Part shown: positions 22,701 through 37,089 of the stretch, in pieces | Numbering within the stretch: the stretch's first letter is position 1 | How the letters are laid out: every line of letters starts with the position of its first letter | Source of the DNA: Gekko japonicus | Taxonomy: Eukaryota | Assembly (NCBI RefSeq): GCF_001447785.1 | Contig: NW_015175972.1 | Coordinates: 1,840,989 to 1,904,988, forward strand | Length of the DNA: 64,000 bases | Direction of reading: 5' to 3' | The notes under the pieces: generated by a model | The model's input: the letters and a program-made list of their open reading frames with translations, nothing else | Database searches by the model: none | What the model was told of the DNA's origin: nothing | Made by a program: the position numbers and the translations under genes

Positions 22701-25446
22701 TTGTTTCACACCGTTTCATTATAAATCTTTTTTAGATAAAGGAAATAGAAAGGAATAGGAGCTGCTTGCTAAGACTGCACAGCACAATCTTCTAATTTGA
22801 TAGTTACCTTGATTTATTGGGCCATTGGAACAAAAAGGGCTCTCTATGGACAGGGGGAGTAAAAGGACAGGGGGAGTAAAAGGCTTCTAGTACTGGCTCC
22901 AGAATCGACAAGAGTTCAGTCAGCACTTGTCTGCACATGCCTAATGGAATTTTTCAAAAACTGTTTCTGCTGTACTCGTGCTGAGGATCAGTGGCTCAGA
23001 TTCATCACTTGGGTGCCTTAGAGCAATTTATAATTGCAGGTGGCAACCAGTGGATATATTAAGGACAACAGTATTCTAAGTTTAAAAATGTTTAGTTGAT
23101 TAATCAAGTAAAGGTTGCAGTCCTGTTCATGAACATTAATGTGCAGCTGCCTTTGGTATAGCTTTTAAGTGGAGAGATCAGTTGTTACTAGTCAATTCCC
23201 TGTTGAGCGGCAGTGCCTTTTGCCACTTTACAGGGCTGTTCCAATTTGTCTCTTTCCTGAAGTTGGGGTTACTGCTAATGCAGAACTGTAAGTGAAAAAT
23301 GAGGCCAACTTCTGTCTGTGTTGGTGAGAAGTAATGTGCAAGGAGAAACATGCCCAGTTCGGTACACTTGGATGGGGCCAGTGTAGGCAAGACCCTCAAA
23401 CTGTGTTGTTCTCTCACCGTGGTAGAATGTTTCAAAATAAGTCCTAGTGCAATTCTGAACAGAGATATACCCCGCTAAACCCATACAAGAGTGTAACTTG
23501 GCTTACCGTTGTACTGAGTGTCCCTGGAAATTTCTGCATAGAAAGTTGGATGGGGGTTGGGGTGGGGGGTTGGGGTTAGTGCAAAGCTGCATGTCTTGCT
23601 TTCTCTTTGCTTGGAGCGATTCAGTTCTGTTTTAGAGAGCTTTTAGAAAACAGACAGACGTGAGTGTGCATGCTTGTGTATAAATTTGCACTAGTGTGCT
23701 GTTGGGTAGGTAGAGATTTAAAGACCATCCATCCCTTTGATCCTGTTTCAAGAGTGGCAGTGACAGCAGCAAACCACATGTTCTGCTTTAGGTTATCAAA
23801 GCTAAAACCCTGGGGATATTATGGAGACAGAACATTGCAGAAGGATGAAATTGTGTGCTTAAAAATATTATCAACAGAATTTGTGTGTGCGTGTGTCTTT
23901 AACAACTTCCTAAGAACAATGATTTCTTTTTAGAGAATAAGGCAGATCAAATGTCACCTCTCGGATGCTGGTGGGCCAGTACTTTTACCTCTCCTCTGCC
24001 CTGTTTATCATCCTCCAGGTTTTTAAAATTTTGCTCTGCTGTCTTAGAGAAAAAGATCTTAGGCATGCACATTCACACAGTCCTGAATTCTTGGATGCCT
24101 TATTTATGTGAATGAGTAATAACTTGGTTCATTTTTGCAGCTTTGGGGACTTATAGTTCTGGGAAGAACCTCTGCTTAACCTGAAGGAGAGAAGAAAGGG
24201 GAGTTAATTACTTGGCATGAGCTAGTGTAAATTTGAGTAAGTCCTCAAAATTGGCCTGCCACAAAGAATGAACAAAAGATTTGCCCAAGTGAGGATCTAA
24301 GAGTTTCACTCTCTGGGCAGCAAGAATGGTTGACTGAGATGCACCCATACTTAGAACCATAGTCCACATGTTACAGTGAATGCATGTAAATCCTGTATGT
24401 ACATGTGTACATCTGTTTGTAAGAAATAGTCATGAGTGTTTACTTCAAAAATGAAATGGGGGGCCAGTAACTAGAAAAATGTGCAGTTTCAGTCACACGT
24501 TCTATTGTACATGCGCTGAATGTAACATGAGAATTACTCAACACACACATAAAGAAAAATATCAAGTGTGTGTAGTACATATATGGTGCATGCGTTCACT
24601 GTAACTAATGGGCAGGGCTCATGCATCTAGTGATTCAGTGGTCACTTGTGGAAACCTGTTCCAAAAAGCACAGACTGTTACCATGCCACAAGCTGTGTTT
24701 GTCAGTGTGGTAACTGTTAGAAGAAATAGTCTGTATCTCTCACATATAGATTGTTTTCTTACCCCTGTTGATCAGTTTTCCCCTCTTTGTTTATTGAATG
24801 TGTGGGGAGTTGAAGGACAAAGCCCTGACTCTGGCGATGGGGGAAGGTGGAAGTTGTTTTGCCTCAGGTGCTGTTCTTTTCACATACCACATATACTGCC
24901 CCTGAGCTCTTTGGAGAAAGGGTGGGATAAAAATGCAATACATAAATGGAACGCGAATGGCCTGGAGCAAATTTAAAAGCATGCACTTTAGTAACTTGAT
25001 TTCTGCAAGTGATGCAGAGAATAATTATCTGTAATGGAAATACCAGAAGACATTACTGTCAGCTATGTTTCAGTTCTGTGGGCCCAGGCAAGCGCTCTTG
25101 GTAGCTGCAAAACTAATTCTTAGAGCCTGAAATAGATGAATGGTGAGGCCAGTACATTGTAACTTACATTGAGAGGTGATACTTTGCAGAAGGGGAAACG
25201 GTAAAAATGCGGTATAATAGATTCTCTGTACCTGTGTGGTTTTGGCAGGAACTTTGTAAAACACTGTTACTTTTCTTCTTCTTCCACTTCCCTGACTGTT
25301 CAACACTTTGTGCTTAATTACCTGGGAAATGGTTGAGGTGGCCTATGAATTGTAATAAGATGTTTGACCAGTTATTGGTTAAAGAGGCAAGAGGGCTACA
25401 AAGTTCTACAGTAGCTGAAGCATCCAGACAATCTCCAAGGATAGGA

Positions 25447-25599
25447 TAGGGTTGCCAGCATCCAGGTGGGGCCTGGAGATATCCTGGAATAAAAACTAAT
25501 CTCCGGAATACAGAGAGAAGTTCCCCTGAAGAAAATGGCTGCTTTGGAGGGTGTTTCCCCGGGCTCCACCCTCAAATGTCCAAGAATGCCCCAACCCTA
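25447..25599. mobile_element. TAGGGTTGCC-type MITE
   Basis: tagggttgccagcatccaggtggggcctggagat ... caacccta. Confidence 0.6.
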
Positions 25600-26428
25600 G
25601 GACAGCACCGTATAAAGTGTATTAAAGAAATCAGACTTGGAGGTTATAAGGAGCATGGTTGATAGCTGGGAAGCTTCTGCGTTGAGCAATAGCCGTAATC
25701 AGCACACTAAACGTAGGTGGCAATTGAGGGGAAAACATTCTGAACAAGGGCTGTTACTTGGTTATCTAAGAACAGAGCTGCACTTAACTCTCACACTGTC
25801 AGCTACGCTGCCATGGGGGTTGGGGAGCTCGGTCTGTGTCTGGTTACTTGCTACTACATTCCTTTCTGTGCTTTTTCTGCTTTGCGCCGAAATGCTTATC
25901 TATGCAGATGTGCAGGAGGGAGTTGTATTGTCTGGGTTTTTCCTAGGTGCCGTGGGAGAGTGTTGGTTCTCAGCTTTAGCTACCTAACGGTCTCCAAGCC
26001 TTATCCCATGTACGGGAGGGTGCCTAATTGGCCAGTGCTCAATGGGGGGTGCATACGAATACCCTATATCCTATTATGTCCATAGGGCCACCGCCATTCT
26101 TAACAGTGCTTATGTTACTGCATCTATAGCTCTGCAATAAAAGTATTACCGTTCCTGAATGTATGTACTTCATTGTTGGCTGTGGGTTCTGACACACATG
26201 TACAATAAACTCGACTGATCACTGATGTGGATCCCAGAACAATTGTTACAGTAGTAGTACAGGATTCAATGAGGGCATTGTGTATCTGAGGATTAATACA
26301 AGAGGGCTGCCTGGTTTTAGTTTCAGTCTCTTTTAGTGTAAGAGGGGCTGAGGTACATCTTGTTTTCCCCTTCGGTATCTGTTGCCTGATCGTGCTGCTT
26401 TTTCCGTCTCTTCCAGGATGGTGGCAGG

Positions 26429-26616
26429 ATGGCATCAATGGCAACGTTATTCACAAATGACAACACCGCCTCTCTGTCACCCTCCACCATGTTAGTAACT
26501 GCATTGGACAATGTGACTTCTGCACCCTTGACAACTGTACAGTTTTTTAATGACACCAACATTACTGTCCCACACAAGTGTTTGTTATTGTTGTATGAAG
26601 ATATCGGAACATCCAG
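26429..26616 (+). CDS. TPRA1: TPRA1 first coding exon (exon starts at 26417)
   Basis: [63 protein letters not shown]; acceptor tcttccag at 26416, donor gtaaga. The start codon is inferred; later in-frame ATGs exist. Confidence 0.9.
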
Positions 26617-26635
26617 GTAAGACACAGCTACATAG

Positions 26636-26944
<309 letters not shown>

Positions 26945-28083
26945 TGACATGTTAGATTTTCTGAAACCTTTGGTTTGGTTTTGCATAGCAAAACTTGACC
27001 TGACCTAGTGGTTCTCCCAGGCAAACTTTTCTGTCGAGAAGCCTTTTGGGGTCTCAGTGATCCTCTAAGCAGCTTGATACTTGGTGGGCCTTCCTCACTG
27101 GTGAATTTTTAAATGCTTACTTCTGAATCCAGATGAAATTGGTTCTAGTCCCTTGGGGGCCAAAGTGGTGCAACCATCAGGCCTTAGATAGCTTTAAAAA
27201 CTGAGGAGTACACTGCCGGGGGAGAGCTCCTCTGGCCAAGCAACAGGAGTCCCCTCCCTCTGTGTGGCCTAACCTAACCAACTCCTATGCCAATCAGTAG
27301 TTACTCATCATCATTGCCTACCTCATCGATACCCTGTTAGCGACAGTGTTTCACTGTGGGATGGTCAGGAACTTTTCCCCCTTGGTATAACCTCAGATCT
27401 TGTGCTTCGCTGTCTGGGTCTTTGACCCATTTCCTGAGAAAGCCAGGTACCATACTTCAGGAATCCCTGTTTTATGAAATGTCACACTTACCAAACAGAG
27501 GACAGTGGCTGGCTCTATGCTGTATAGATTTTGGCTCTTGTCTGTAGCCATTGACACTCCTTGAATTTTATAAAGAGAAGCAGTCTTAGATTTAAAGATG
27601 GTCAGTAAGCTTGTCTTGCTTTATTTATGCCTCTTGCTGCAAAATAGTAGGTCACCGACCACTGGGGCTAGTGTGGAGTGCAGAGTTAGCGTGGCTTCAC
27701 TTTGTAGTATGAAAAATGCTCTTAGCAGCACAAAAGCTACTGCTGTTTTTCAGAAGCCTTATCTTGGAAAGGAAGTAGATCTCCCCCCACCCCCACCCCC
27801 ACCCCCCAATGCTGCGTTAGAGGTAAAAACAGGATGTACGGAGAGAGCAGTTGTAGGACTACTATAAGAGAGGATATCCACGAATGACCTCTTTGCCCAG
27901 TTGAAAACCCTCATTGGCAGTTTCTAGACAGGATAAGGAGGGCTCTCTGGATGGTGTCAAAGCCCTGTCTTTGTTTCTGAAACCTTTGCTTAGCACTGTT
28001 AAATGCAGCAGCTGCCCAGTTACGCGTTGTAGAAGTGGGTTTACAAGTGGCCCCAGCTCTTTACTGCATCAGTACATGGGGTT

Positions 28084-28416
28084 GCGGTGGCTCAAGTGGT
28101 TAAGACGCTGAACCTGCAGGCTGTGGAAGTTCAGCAGTTCGAGACCCGGGTGCCGCAAGACGGAGTGAGCTCCCGTCTCTAGTTCCAGCTCCTGCCAACC
28201 TAGCAGTTCGAAAGCAAGAAATTGCAAGTAGATAAATAGGTACCACTTCAGTGGGAAGGTAACAGCGTTCCGTGCGCCTTGGTGTTTAGTCATGCTGGCC
28301 ACATGACCACGGAAATGTCTTCGGACAGCGCTGGCTCTTCGGCTTTGAAACGGAGATGAGCACCGCAACCCTAGAGTCGGATTCGACTGGCTTTCGAGCA
28401 AGGGAACCTTTACCTT
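28084..28416 (+). mobile_element. Sauria SINE with target-site duplication
   Basis: 11-bp TSD TACATGGGGTT at 28073-28083 and 28417-28427; (ACCTTT)n tail. Confidence 0.92.
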
Positions 28417-28649
28417 TACATGGGGTTACTGTACTCAGTTGTATAGAGATCTACTAGGCAGAGCTCACCTCTGAAGAGAAAGAAATTCTGTTTGTGTGCC
28501 ACAGGATGGATACACATGTGACCACTGAAAAAGGGAGGCTTTGAATATATTCCCGTTTTAAAATGTCACATGTAGAGCTCTGTAGACCATATCCTTAAAA
28601 CAAATTCTGTGCCGAAGTAATGTAGATTATTTCTCACAACTTATTTATT

Positions 28650-29085
28650 CCTTTGTATTTATTTAAGAAAACGTTTATGCCACCTATTGAAGTGGCTTAG
28701 AAATAAAAACAGCATAAATCTTATATAGAAAGACAAACCAGGGACATAAAAACAGCATCCATAAAACTGACCTCAGATCAGCAGCAGACCATAAAACAGC
28801 TAAAAAAACAAAACCCCTCAATTAGAAACCTGAGTAAAAAAGGGATATTTTAACCTGGTGCCTAAAAGACAGTATGGTAGGTGCCAGATGTGCCTCAGGG
28901 GAGGGGGCATTCCAAAGGTAAGGTGCCACCATAGAAAATGCCCACTCTGTTGCTGCTGCTCACCTCACCCTCCAGGCAGGGGCGAAGACAGCAGGGCTTG
29001 AGAGGCAGATCTTAACTGGCAGGCTGGATAGTAGGGGGTGGGGACTGTCTTTCAGATGCCCTGGCCCCTAGGCATTTAGGGTCGT
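28650..29085 (-). mobile_element. Degraded L2-type LINE 3' end
   Basis: tttatttatt tail followed by ggggagggggcattccaaagg..ggtgccaccatagaaaatgccc; resembles the reverse of the L2 end at 41.8-42.1 kb. Confidence 0.5.
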
Positions 29086-30396
29086 AACCTTGTTCTGCTC
29101 TTGAAAGTTACTGAAAAGAACAGGAACCTTTTGTAAGGCAAATAAGACCTGTTACCTCACTACTTGAAGCTAGTGCTTCGTGCCTGGTTCCAGGTTTTGA
29201 GGGCCCCTGGGCAGAGAGTGCTCGGGGGTCCCCCCTGTTCGGGCCCATAACCAGGACTCCCACTCACATTTCCCTTCTTACCTCCACTCATGATGAACCC
29301 CCCCCACCTGCTTTTACGTTCTTTCCCTGTCTACTCACAACCTTTCCTACCACACTTGCTCATGGCCACATGCATGCCCTTTCCTCAGTGGCACTGGACA
29401 GTGCATGCAGCTAAGAGTGCCACTGCTCTGGCTGTCAGGAGCACTGCTTGGCATCACCTTATATGCTCCTCCTGGGTGCTGGGCAGCCAAACCCCCAGAA
29501 GGTAGAATACTTGAGAGTGGATGGGGGAAGACAATACAGGTGGGTGGCAAAGGAGGTGGGCATGTGGGGGTTGGTGGCGCCAGGCCCTGCCAGAACCCCC
29601 GGGCCCTGGCGGATGCCTCATTTCAGAGTATGCTGGTGCCAGCCCAGGTCAGAAGTGCACGACATGACCCGTACTGTCCTGGTTAAAACTGATGCGTGAA
29701 AAATATGTTAGGAAATGCTGCCTGCCAGTAGTCGAAACAAAGCTCTTAAAGTTTTTATTGCACATTCACACATTATTGCACTTCAGTTTGTGTCTAGGTA
29801 TGGAGTTGGCATATGTGGCATGTGGTATATTGAACCACATTACGGTACTACTTGTAAGCTATCCAAAACAGTGGCCTCAACCGTAAAGAGCTATGAGGGT
29901 TGTGAGCCCTGATATGTAATGAGGAACTTCACCCGTGTGAAGACTTACACTTACTCAAAGGGAATGTAAGAACAGGGCGTGCCTTTCTCTCTAGCACTGA
30001 AAGAGGGGGTAAGAGCTGAATGAATACCTTTCTTCTCTCTATAAAGCATCTGCTAAAGTGGAAGTCATAAGCAGAAGTCATAAACATTCTTTCCAATTTA
30101 TGTAGCGACTTAGCTTGTCACTCAGAGGCAGTTTTTGATCTGAAGTCTTCTGAGCTGATCTCCTGAGAGTTCCCCCCCCTTCCTTTCTTCCCTGCCTTCC
30201 CAAACAACTGAGTAGTGGAGCTACTCCGGATTTGAGGCTCCTTGATTGTTGTCATGTGGTGTGTGCCTCGATTTCAATAGACTAAGGACCAGTTACAGTG
30301 GATGGGCACCTATGGGATACCTGACAGCAATGACGCTAAATATCTAGTCTGCAGCTGAGCGTGGTCTTCCGTCATTCCCTGTGTTTTGTCTTCTAG

Positions 30397-30483
30397 GTGT
30401 TTGTGGTGGCTGTGGTTGGGATCGCTCGGGCTGTTGTCTCCATGACGGTCAGCGCCTCGACGGCTGCGACAGTTACTGACAAG
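30397..30483 (+). CDS. TPRA1: TPRA1 coding exon 3
   Basis: VFVVAVVGIARAVVSMTVSASTAATVTDK; ttctag / gtgaat; 87 nt. Confidence 0.95.
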
Positions 30484-31784
30484 GTGAATGGAGCTCTGAA
30501 GCCAGAGGCGAGGGCGGAACTGCTGCCGGCTCCATCTTTTCCTGTGGCCTTGCCACGCTTTTCTTGGCATCCTGTTTGTGGCCGTCCATTATGATAGTGC
30601 CTGTTGCAGCGTGGCCTGTTGCATGTGCTTGACTACCTGCAGTGCTCATTTCTGACCTGATTAACTTCAAGAGACTTCACTTTGTGATTTTTCTTTTTTT
30701 TTTTGCAAGTCATGCTTTGGGAAACCTATATGCAGCATCAAGGTCTGTGGTGAAGATTAGGTGGCAGAAAAGCTGCACAGTTGTTCACTGTGGCACCGAC
30801 AAGATGGTTTTTAGAGCCACGACGAGTGTATTCCATCAGCTAGCTCAAGGCTACTTTTCATGTTGCCTTCCTGTCTTGAGAGGCTGTTCCTGCAAGTGCT
30901 CTGGGCTAGACTGAAAAGGGGAACCTGTGTGTGTGGCTGGGTTCTACTGTAGAGTGATGTCTCTGGTAAGGACCGGAATTCAAAGTGGTATTACGCAGTG
31001 GAAGTAAGCAAAGTGCTGTGGATAGCTTCAAGGGTCCGTATTGGCAAATCATGGCGGGTAGTTCTTGCCATCTGTAATCTTTCAAAGCAAAGCAGTTTTG
31101 GGTTGAACAGGAGCAAAGGTGGAAATGGGATCGCTGCAACATTGGGAAGCAGTTGCTTCTATTGTGTTCTCCTTGCTTGGTGTGTTCTGTCTGTGCTTAC
31201 AGGGCCAAGTATTTATTCCTGTGCAAACTGGGCTGAGGGTGCTCTGTGCTTGAAAACAATTTTCAGAATTATGATCAAAGGAATCCTGATTCTGTGCCAA
31301 CAAATGGGATTCTGGGATGTGGAAGTCCGCTGGACCAGCATAACTTTTTCCCTGGCTAGCCTTTGGAAAGGTCAAGCAGCTATGCAAGGCACTGAAGCTC
31401 TACCTGCATACTTTTGAGAATCCCCTGTTTTCTCTTGCACGTGCGCTACTCCTCCTCCTCATTCTTGCAGCTGTGCCAGGCACTGTTTTCACACTTGCAA
31501 GTTGACCTCTGAAGGAATATGGACTTGTTTATAAAAAAAAATAACCCGCGACTGAGAAGATTTTGTATATCATATCAGATAGAATTGCAGAATACACAAC
31601 ACTTTGTGTAGCCAGTTACGGAAGTGTGTGAGAGTGTTTATGCATTTAACCAATGAAGAAAATGTTTGGAAGGGTTTCTTCTGTCTGCAGAGTTTCCTCA
31701 GGAGATGAAAGGTGAACTGTCCATGCGCAAGCTTCCCCTTAAGTCCTGTTCCTGACCATGCATCTTTTGCATTGTCTTCTCTAG

Positions 31785-31964
<180 letters not shown>

Positions 31965-33524
31965 TAAAGCCCAGGCTGCTGGGGGGAAAGCCCTTGCTTC
32001 TTTTTCGCCTCTGTTGCTCTGAATCTGCTTTCTATGTGCAGATAGTTGTAAGACTTTTGCTACATCTGTCAGGGTGGAGAGAGGACATTTGTGTACACAC
32101 ACATATTTCTCCCCCCGCCCTGCCCCGAAAGGCACATCAGTTGTCTGGCTGTTGCAGAGGACCCAGAAGCATTTCCTGGAGGCAACTTTTCTGTTTTTGG
32201 GGTGGGGGAATCGTTTTCCCAGCATTCAAACAGGAGAGTCAAATGAGACAAATTAGTTTTATTGTATTACTAGATACTGAATGCAGGTCCACTGTACAAC
32301 TCAAAATGTGGGAAAGCTCGTGCAGCCTTCTTTTTAAAATGGCAAGCACCAGCATGTGGTCTCTCTGTCTCTGAGCCATGCTTACCCATGTTATGAATCT
32401 CTTCCTCCCTCCTCCCATTTAATTTTTTTACAGGCTTTGTCCTTTCTTCCTTCCTTCTCTCCAGTGTTTTAGCACTTCCTCTGTTCGTAATTGGAAGCCG
32501 CAGACACATGTCTACCCCGTAGTTGTGCCTTACCCCGTACATTGCTTGGGGGGGGGGTATTGTGTGGCCAGCATTGGATTGGGCTCAGTGTAAATGCAGT
32601 ACTTATATCAGGAAATGCCCAAACTCTCTTAGCATCTGACATTCAAACTCATTCTGCATAATCAGAAAGTCGCACAAATACGTTATTTTAGAGGTGAATA
32701 GACTGATGTATAGTGCATGTTAGTTTAATTGTGGATGTGTTTTTAACCTTTTCCTTTTGGCACAGAATTACAGGACCATGGCAACCTTGTGTCCAAGTCA
32801 GCACTTAGTCTCAGGAATGTCTAGTAGACAGTCTGTCCTGCTATAGATCCATGCATATGGAGCATGGGATGATGAGGTTTTTTCTCTCTGTTTGTCTCCA
32901 TCCCTGCAGCCCCTTCCAGCTTCCATGAAGTCATTCCCAAGGTTGTGGAACCTGTGCAGAGTAATAACCAGGGACCGGCATGAGGCGGGACAAGGGAGGG
33001 GTGGACTTGTTCCTCCTTCCTCTTCTGCAACTGCAGGTCCCTGAGGAAAGGTGTCCTTTTCAGCCCTTTGGCTTTCCTCACTCCAGTCCACTGACCTGTG
33101 CAGCGGGTCCTCTACAGGGGGTCCTGTGACTCCAGGAATGATTTTTCCCGGGGTCAGAATGGGCTAGTGGAATGGGGACCAGAAAAAGTGTGTGCCTTCT
33201 GTGCCTGGGTGGGTGGATCCACAACCCTGACATGGTTGCACCACTGGTTTTCCTGATCTATGTAGATTAGGGTGGGGAAATGGAAAATGCAGTGTCAGTA
33301 CATAGAGGGACTTGACAGTGGACTGCTGCATCAGGGGGAGGCCCTGTGTTCCTTGTACCACCTGGGCGTTCTTTCCCCAGTGCCTGCCAGTGACTCTTTA
33401 GGAATAGTAAAGGGCAAGCTCTGCTAGGTGTGTAGCCTGCTTGGCAGAAGTTCCATCTGGAGCATTTGGCCTCTTCTGCTCATGAAGCTCCTGTGGGCAT
33501 AGGACAGGGAATGTAGGCTTACTG

Positions 33525-33809
33525 GAAGAAGAAGAGAAGAGATTGGATTTATACTCCGCCCTTCACTCAGAGTCTCAGAGCAGCTTGCAGACTCCTTTCC
33601 CTTCCCCTCCTCTCCCCACAACAGACACCCTGTGAGGTAGGTGGGGCTGAGAGAGCTCTTTCCAGAACTCCTTTAGAGAACAGCTCTTGACAGAACTATG
33701 GCTTGCCCAAGGTCATCCAGCCAGGTGCAAGTGGAGGAGTGGGGGAATCAAACCCGGTTCTCCCAGATTAGAGTCAGCGCACTTAACCACTACACCAAAC
33801 TGGCTCTCC
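33525..33809 (-). mobile_element. tRNA-derived SINE (Squam3-like)
   Basis: Reverse strand starts gagagccagtttggtgtagtggttaagtgcgctgactctaatctgggagaaccgggtttgattccc (boxes A/B) and has a (CTT)n tail. Confidence 0.8.
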
Positions 33810-34061
33810 AGGTAATTGCATGCTCTCCAGGGTTGGAGTGACGTGAGGAGAGACTTTCTTGGGGGCTTTTTGAATATGTAGAGTATATCTGTATAGTTTC
33901 TTAGCTGCAAAGATCAGCCCTTTCCCAGGTTGATGTAGACGGATAAACGATGCCTTGAATTACAAGGTACTGTGGTAGTAATAGGGGAGACTCAGTCCAA
34001 GTTCTGGGAGCTTGGTCGCTGCTGCCAGATGTGATAGGAAGTCACCAAAGCAACATAACAG

Positions 34062-34312
34062 AGAAGAAGAAGAGTTGGTTTTTTATACCCCACTGTTCAC
34101 TACCCGAAGGAGTCTCGGAGCGGCTTATAATCGCCTTCCCTTCCTCTCCCCTCAACAGACACCCTGTGAGGCTGGTGGGGCTGAGAGAGCTCTGAGAGAG
34201 CTGTGACTGGCCCGAGGTCACCCAGCTGGCTTCATGTGGAGGAGTGGGGAATCAAACCTGGTTCTCCAGATAGAGTCCTGCCACTCTTCACCACCACACC
34301 ACTCTGGCGCTC
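34062..34312 (-). mobile_element. tRNA-derived SINE (Squam3-like), second copy
   Basis: Same body (caacagacaccctgtgagg..ggggctgagagagctc) and gaagaagaag tail. Confidence 0.8.
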
Positions 34313-34887
34313 TCTTGCACGCACTCTCCCTTTTTTATCCCACCTTCTTCCAAGAAGCTCAGGGCAGAGTACACAATTCTTCCCTTCTCTATTTTATCCA
34401 CGCAATAATCCTGTGGGGCAGATTAAATTGGAAGAGAGTGTGGCTGGCCCAAGGTTACCCCAGTGAACTTCATAGCTGAGTGGGGATTTAAGCCCAAGTC
34501 TCCCTAGTCCTCCTATTCTGACAACACCAGTGGCTTGTCTGAAGAAGAGTCTTCTGTTCTCTGTCCGAGGGGTCCATCTAATCCAGCATCCGTTTTCCAA
34601 TGGCGGCCAGCTGGATGCTTCTCGGAAGGCCACAAGCTGGGCAAGAGGGCAACCCTCTCTTCGCCCCCCCCCGGCTAATAGTGTTCATGAGCCACATAAT
34701 AAAAAGGCCTGGTTTGATTGGGTTCAGTGGGAAGGGGGGAAATCAGTCTTTGTTTTCTAAGCTTGAAGCAGTGCAGCTCCACATACAGTGACTTGACAGT
34801 GAGGCTGGCTTTTGGAGTGAAATGTATGTGAACTCTGAAACAGTGGGAGGAAGAGGCACGCACAGCTCTTAATTGTCCATTATCTGA

Positions 34888-35049
<162 letters not shown>

Positions 35050-35522
35050 TGACGCCAAAGCACCTGATTGGTGCACTCAAGAGAGGCGGCCTCTTTGATT
35101 TAAGGTCTCTTTGCTTTAAGAGGGTAGCTTGTTGTGGAACAGAGAGAAGGGAAAGGCACAGCTTGAGGTGTGTCTTGTCCATCCTTGCTAGGGCAGGGCA
35201 GGGCATTTATACAGTGCAAAGCAGGCTGATTGCTGCTGATGCCCCCTGGATGGAAAAGGGTTCAGTATATAACTCTGGTCCTGAACAACAAATGTCCTCC
35301 TGCTTTAGACATGCTTTTCTTTTCTGTAGCACCTGCATCCAGCATCGCTATTGGCTGGTGCAGCATCAGTATTAACAGCAATGTTGGCACTATCCAGGTG
35401 TCTGAAAGAGACACAGTGAGCTGCAACCTGATAGGAAGAGAAATTCCTGTTGAAGATGAAATGGCAGAATTCTTGCTTCATCAGTGCTGCAAATCCCAGC
35501 GACGGTGCTACGTTCCCGTCAT

Positions 35523-35731
35523 ACACATGAAGCTCCTTTATACTGAATCAGACCCTAGGCCCACCGATGACAGATTTGTCTACTCAGACTGGCAGCAGCT
35601 CTCCAGGGTCTCAAGCAGAAGTCTTTCACATCACCTGCTGTTTGGTCCTTTTAACTGGAGGTGCAGGAGATTGAACCTGGGACCTTTTGCAGGCGAAGCA
35701 GAGGCCCTTGCATTGAGCCACAGTCCCTCCC
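35523..35731 (-). mobile_element. tRNA/CR1-tail SINE (Squam2-like)
   Basis: acacatgaagct..tatactgaatcagacc..gattgaacctgggacc..tgagccacagtccctccc. Confidence 0.7.
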
Positions 35732-35961
35732 TCCTTCCCTACCCAGCAACTAATTCTAGTGCCAAAGTCCCCTTCCCTCCAGTTTCAGCAATGAGTAGCT
35801 TTCATGTGTTTCAACATTTCTGAGTCGTCTGGGGAGATCTTGTTAATTTAGTGGAAAGAGCTGGCTTCCAATGAGGGCAAATGCCTCTTTCGCAGTCTCT
35901 TATGCATAAAGAGGTAATTTTTGTGTGTACGTGTGTGTCTTAATAGATCATATTCTAATAA

Positions 35962-36231
<270 letters not shown>

Positions 36232-36383
36232 TAAACACATCAACAGTATCCCAAGGTGGTAAACCAGAGTCTTTTTAAAAAATTATTCTTGACCTGAATC
36301 TCCATAATCTTTGCCAGCCTTCCTGGCTCCGATCGTTTTCTGGGAGTTGATCTGCTGTAGGAAAAAAGGATGATGAGTTAAGG

Positions 36384-36748
36384 CAGGGTTCTCCAACAGG
36401 GTGCCCGTGGGTCCCATGGTGCCTGCCAACACCTTCTCTGGCACCCGCCAAGTGTTTGTAGGAAGTGGGTGGGGCCAGGTAGGGCTTTTGCCCAGCAAGC
36501 TTTCTGATTTGACTATTAGAGATTTGGTTGCCTGTGCAGATTTTTAAAGAAGTGTTGCTTTGGCAGCAGGTGCCACCACGGCACAAGGATCTACACTGTG
36601 TTACTGAAGTTAAGCTGTGGTGATCACTTTGTGGCTGGCTCCGCCTCCTGTGGCATCCATTTTGTGGCGTCCATTTTGTTGCTGCACCCACTGTAGCATG
36701 TCAGAATTCCAAATGTACATGCGGGCTCAAAAAGGTTGGGTACCCCTG
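36384..36748. mobile_element. hAT-type MITE
   Basis: Termini cagggttctccaac / gttgggtacccctg; TSD AGTTAAGG at 36376-36383, with the right copy split by the next MITE. Confidence 0.8.
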
Positions 36749-36755
36749 AGTTAAG

Positions 36756-37089
36756 TAGGGCTACCAAGTACTTACCGCGAATCAGCGGGGGACGTATAGT
36801 TCTTGGCGGGAACATTCCTGTGGGGAAAACACAGGCGCTGCACTATCCTGTCACCCAGACATGATGTGGGCATGTAGCCGGGCGACGCTCTGGCAATGGG
36901 GCTGGAAACTCGATGGTACCATCGAGTTTTCAGCCCCATTGCCAGAGCGTCGCCCGGCTACGTGCCCAGCATGCTTACGTCACGTCTGGGCGACAGGATA
37001 GTGTGACGCGGCCGTGTTACATGCAAGAATGTTCCGGCGGGGAAGCATGTGTCCCCCGCTGATTCATAGGCAGGTACTTGGTAACCCTA
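36756..37089. mobile_element. Long palindromic (foldback) MITE
   Basis: Termini tagggctaccaagtac / gtacttggtaacccta; TSD GAGTTAAG at 36748-36755 and 37090-37097; inverted symmetry centred on GGTACC 36915-36920. Confidence 0.88.

Noticed and set aside
33740-33809. Possible tRNA gene
   Set aside because: A tRNA-like SINE head without a proper cloverleaf, continuing into a repeated SINE body.
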